A DNA stretch of 64,000 nucleotides from assembly GCA_050013475.1 (NCBI GenBank), contig JBEKFE010000004.1:135625-199624 (forward strand). Direction: 5' to 3'. The position numbers and the translations under genes were made by a program. Source of the DNA: Bacteroidales bacterium (GTDB lineage: Bacteria; Bacteroidota; Bacteroidia; Bacteroidales; VadinHA17). This document shows positions 61,277 through 64,000 of the stretch, one piece after another. The notes under the pieces are model-generated. The model worked only from the letters and a program-made list of their open reading frames with translations. It had not been told where the DNA came from and made no database searches. Numbering within the stretch: position 1 is the stretch's first letter; every line of letters begins with the position of its first letter.

Positions 61277-61990
61277 CTATTTCTTTTTTGCGCCCTTCAT
61301 CAGTGAGATAAGGATCACTCCGTTCGAACCTCTGGATCCGTAAATCGAAGCTGCGGCGCCTTTAAGTACCTCGATAGATTTCACCATCGTGGGCTGAATA
61401 TCATCAATAGATGAAACCGGGACCCCGTCAACTACTAACAGTGGTTCATTACTGCTGTTGACAGATGTTGGCTCCACCAGATAAATTGAATTCCCCGCTA
61501 CCCGAACCCCCGGTACTTCATTTCGGATCATATCGTAAATATTCGAATATGATGCATATTTTGGATTCTGGCCGTCGATCCTGCTGACATGGGTCGTAAG
61601 TTCCTTTTTCTTCTCTGTGCCATATCCTACTTCAACAGTTTCGTCCTTCTCTTTTTTCTGCTCGATAACCGGTGTGGCGCTTTCAGGATAAAGCTCAAAA
61701 TTGATAACCGTTTTTCCTGCTATAGGGACCTCTTTCATCCCATTCATCATGGAAAAAGCAGTGATATTTTTAGCCAGGGAACTCACTTTAAGCTTATAAT
61801 TCCCTTTTTTATTGGTTTCACAATCCGTTTTTTTGTTGTCGATAAGGATCTGTACTCCCGGAAGAGGATTTTTATCCGGATCGGTCACAGTACCTGAAAT
61901 AGATATTTTTTTCTCCGGCTTCTGTGCGGAAGAAGTCAGGTGGACCACGCAGATCAGGAGTGTCAGGATGATGATTAATTTAATTCTCAT
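61277..61990 (-). CDS. CarboxypepD_reg-like domain plus TonB-dependent-receptor plug N-terminal segment, no beta-barrel
   Basis: Signal peptide. ISGTVTD...PLPGVQILI (carboxypeptidase-regulatory-like). VEVGYGTEKKKELT and DGVPVSSIDDIQPTMVKSIEVLKGAAASIYGSRGSNGVILISL (SusC-type plug start). The stop comes 7 aa later. Confidence 0.7.
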   Translation of the reverse strand: MRIKLIIILTLLICVVHLTSSAQKPEKKISISGTVTDPDKNPLPGVQILIDNKKTDCETNKKGNYKLKVSSLAKNITAFSMMNGMKEVPIAGKTVINFELYPESATPVIEQKKEKDETVEVGYGTEKKKELTTHVSRIDGQNPKYASYSNIYDMIRNEVPGVRVAGNSIYLVEPTSVNSSNEPLLVVDGVPVSSIDDIQPTMVKSIEVLKGAAASIYGSRGSNGVILISLMKGAKKK

Positions 61991-62027
61991 TCTTGTGAGT
62001 TTAGTTTATTAATATTAATTTTTACTT

Positions 62028-62696
62028 TTATTTATCTGCTCCGGTCATAAGAGTAATTTTTAATACTCCGGTAGACCCATCGACACCGGAATAGATCAGT
62101 GCCTGCGATCCTGTGAAAAATTCTATCTTCTTCACCTGCGTCGGGTTTATATAATCGATACTCGGGACCTTGACCCCGTCCACAATAAAGAGAGGTGTGG
62201 AAGAACCGAAAAACGAGTGTCCCTGCTTTATTGTAATGTTTGTTCCGGTGACAGTAACGCCCGGCACCTCCGCTCTTATCATTTCATAAATGTTAGGATA
62301 GGTGTTCATCCTGTGAACCCTGGCGATCCTCTTTTTATTTTCCATCAATTGCCTGGAAAGAAAACCCGGCATTTTTGTTGCATCCATATTTACAGTTATA
62401 TCTGCATTGGAGTTCTCATTAAGATCACATCGGCCAAATCCCTTATCCATGATCACAGCATAAATCGTCTTTGTTGACTGATCAGTCTTTATCCTGTATT
62501 TACCGAGTTCATCCGTGACGGTTTTCGTATATAGAGTATCAAGGAAGATTATTGCACCTTCAATGGGTCTTTTATCAAGACCGGTTACAGTTCCGGATAC
62601 AGTGATCTTTGCTGAGGATTTACCTTTTTTCTGTCCCGACACAGGGATAGCCAGTTCAAGAACCAGGATTAACAATAAAAACACTTTGACTTTCAT
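62028..62696 (-). CDS. paralog of the 61277 gene with a degenerate plug motif
   Basis: Same architecture (VSGTVTGLDKRPIEGAIIFL, DGVKVPSIDYINPTQVKKIEFFTGSQALIYSGVDGSTGVLKITL). ATG 62696 preferred. Confidence 0.65.
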   Translation of the reverse strand: MKVKVFLLLILVLELAIPVSGQKKGKSSAKITVSGTVTGLDKRPIEGAIIFLDTLYTKTVTDELGKYRIKTDQSTKTIYAVIMDKGFGRCDLNENSNADITVNMDATKMPGFLSRQLMENKKRIARVHRMNTYPNIYEMIRAEVPGVTVTGTNITIKQGHSFFGSSTPLFIVDGVKVPSIDYINPTQVKKIEFFTGSQALIYSGVDGSTGVLKITLMTGADK

Positions 62697-62749
62697 GATT
62701 GAAAATTTGAGAACATGCAATTTACACTTAAGTAAGTAAATAAAAAAGC

Positions 62750-64000
62750 TCAAATGTCAGTAATTCTCCCGATAAGTGTCGCTGAAGTGCTTTTTTCAAT
62801 AAAAACATTTACGTAATCCCCGGCGGAATAGTGTTCTTTTGGAAAGACAACAACCTTATTCTGTGAATTTCTGCCGTACAGGTGAGCTTCGGATTTTTTT
62901 GAAAAGCCTTCGATAAGAACAGTGTGTGTCTGTCCTACATCCGATCTTTTACTTCTGGCAGAGAGCTTGTTCTGAAGGGCAATGATTTCATTAAGTCTTC
63001 TCGTTTTAACATCTTCCGGTACATCGTCCATATATCGTCTTGCAGCTTTTGTACCAGGTCTTTCACTGTATTTGAACATATATGCAAAATCGAAGCCTGC
63101 CCATTCCATGAGGGACAATGTATCTTTATGATCATCTTCTGATTCTGTGCAGAAACCGGCTATCAGGTCTGTTGAAACGGCGCACCCCGGGATGATCCTT
63201 CTTATTGCGCCTATCCTGTCCATATATCCTTCGCGCGTATACTCCCTGTTCATCAGCTTAAGGATCCTGCTGCTGCCACTTTGTGCCGGCAGATGTACAT
63301 GCCTGCAGATGTTTTCATGCATTCCGATTGTTTCCAGCAGTTCATCGGAGATATCTTTGGGATGTGATGTCGAGAAGCGGACTCTCAGCTTTGGATCTAT
63401 CCTTGCCACCTTGCTCAGCAGGCCGGGGAAATTCAAACTGTCTGAACCATCTTTCCAGTTGTAGGAATCAACATTCTGCCCTATAAGGGTAACCTCCCTG
63501 TATCCTCCAGCGAAAAGATCAGATGCCTCCTTTATGATCGATCCGGGATTCCGGCTTCTTTCTGCACCTCTCACGTATGGTACAACACAATAAGCACACA
63601 TATTATTACATCCGCGCATTATTGAAATGAACGCAGTGACCCCATTCCTGTCCATTCTTACCGGTGAGATATCAGCATAAGTCTCCTCACGCGATAAGAG
63701 AACATTAACAGTTTTGTGACCTGCCCCCGCATCCCGGACCAGTGCAGGAAGCTCCCGGTATGCATCAGGACCAACGACGATGTCGACCAGCTTGTCTGTC
63801 TCAAGCATCTTCTCCTTCAGACGTTCGGCCATGCAGCCTATAACGCCAACGATAAGCTCCGGCTTCTTCCTTTTGATTGAACGTATAGCATCAAGACGGT
63901 TCCATACTCTCTGCTCGGCATTTTCACGAATTGAACAGGTATTTATAAGGACAAGCTCTGCATCATCCACTCTTTCAGTGACAATATAGCCGGCATCACC
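62750..64000 (-). CDS. miaB: tRNA-i6A37 methylthiotransferase MiaB (N-terminus beyond window end)
   Basis: Radical SAM CNNMCAYC, UPF0004 segment LINTCSIRE, C-terminal TRAM. The frame stays open to nt 64000. Confidence 0.9.
   Translation of the reverse strand, partial: GDAGYIVTERVDDAELVLINTCSIRENAEQRVWNRLDAIRSIKRKKPELIVGVIGCMAERLKEKMLETDKLVDIVVGPDAYRELPALVRDAGAGHKTVNVLLSREETYADISPVRMDRNGVTAFISIMRGCNNMCAYCVVPYVRGAERSRNPGSIIKEASDLFAGGYREVTLIGQNVDSYNWKDGSDSLNFPGLLSKVARIDPKLRVRFSTSHPKDISDELLETIGMHENICRHVHLPAQSGSSRILKLMNREYTREGYMDRIGAIRRIIPGCAVSTDLIAGFCTESEDDHKDTLSLMEWAGFDFAYMFKYSERPGTKAARRYMDDVPEDVKTRRLNEIIALQNKLSARSKRSDVGQTHTVLIEGFSKKSEAHLYGRNSQNKVVVFPKEHYSAGDYVNVFIEKSTSATLIGRITDI

Overview
This is a chromosomal, mostly housekeeping segment of a Bacteroidota genome. 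Supporting marks are the T9SS translocon SprA, a fused LpxC-FabZ, SusC-like N-terminal modules, TAnnTTTG -7 promoter boxes, and no Shine-Dalgarno sequence at the gene starts I inspected. There are about 60 CDS in dense operons, plus two tRNAs: sprA (partial)-gcvH; rimP-nusA-infB; radical-SAM / HD / lpxD-lpxC/fabZ-lpxA; thiL; DUF4139-yccF; an NhaD-like permease; sufBCDS-sufE-DUF59-queG; an ECF sigma three-gene module; a second sigma-70-family factor; hydrolase-GSCFA; a MerR/B12-like regulator; a tiny T9SS-CTD protein; kdsB; sigma54 activator-lptE-like-TPR-secG; groES-groEL; lepA; an OmpR-type two-component operon; acpP-fabF-rnc plus two small genes; purN; M23 peptidase-leuS; tRNA-Arg(CCG); an orphan gene; tRNA-Ser(GGA); ansA-tatD; two glutamate dehydrogenase paralogs flanking dprA; tadA; aspS; two tandem plug-only SusC-like proteins; miaB (partial). 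I recognise no transposase, integrase, phage, CRISPR-Cas, restriction-modification or other known defence genes, so I do not claim a new protein-based system. What stays unexplained is mainly non-coding. (1) The 418-nt gap next to tRNA-Ser holds a multi-hairpin module with a perfect SD/anti-SD palindrome, plus an 18-bp inverted repeat abutting the tRNA. (2) Two hairpin families each occur twice with compensatory base-pair changes. (3) A helically phased TTCTTAAC direct-repeat motif recurs at four intergenic sites, two of them bracketing the two-component operon. (4) An orphan promoter-like/sigma54-like site is followed by a terminator with no ORF between. On the protein side the most unusual items are two tandem SusC-like proteins that stop right after the plug motif, an almost cargo-less T9SS CTD protein, and a sensor-less sigma54 activator. 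All protein calls rest on motifs and recalled family similarity read from the translations. No database search was run.
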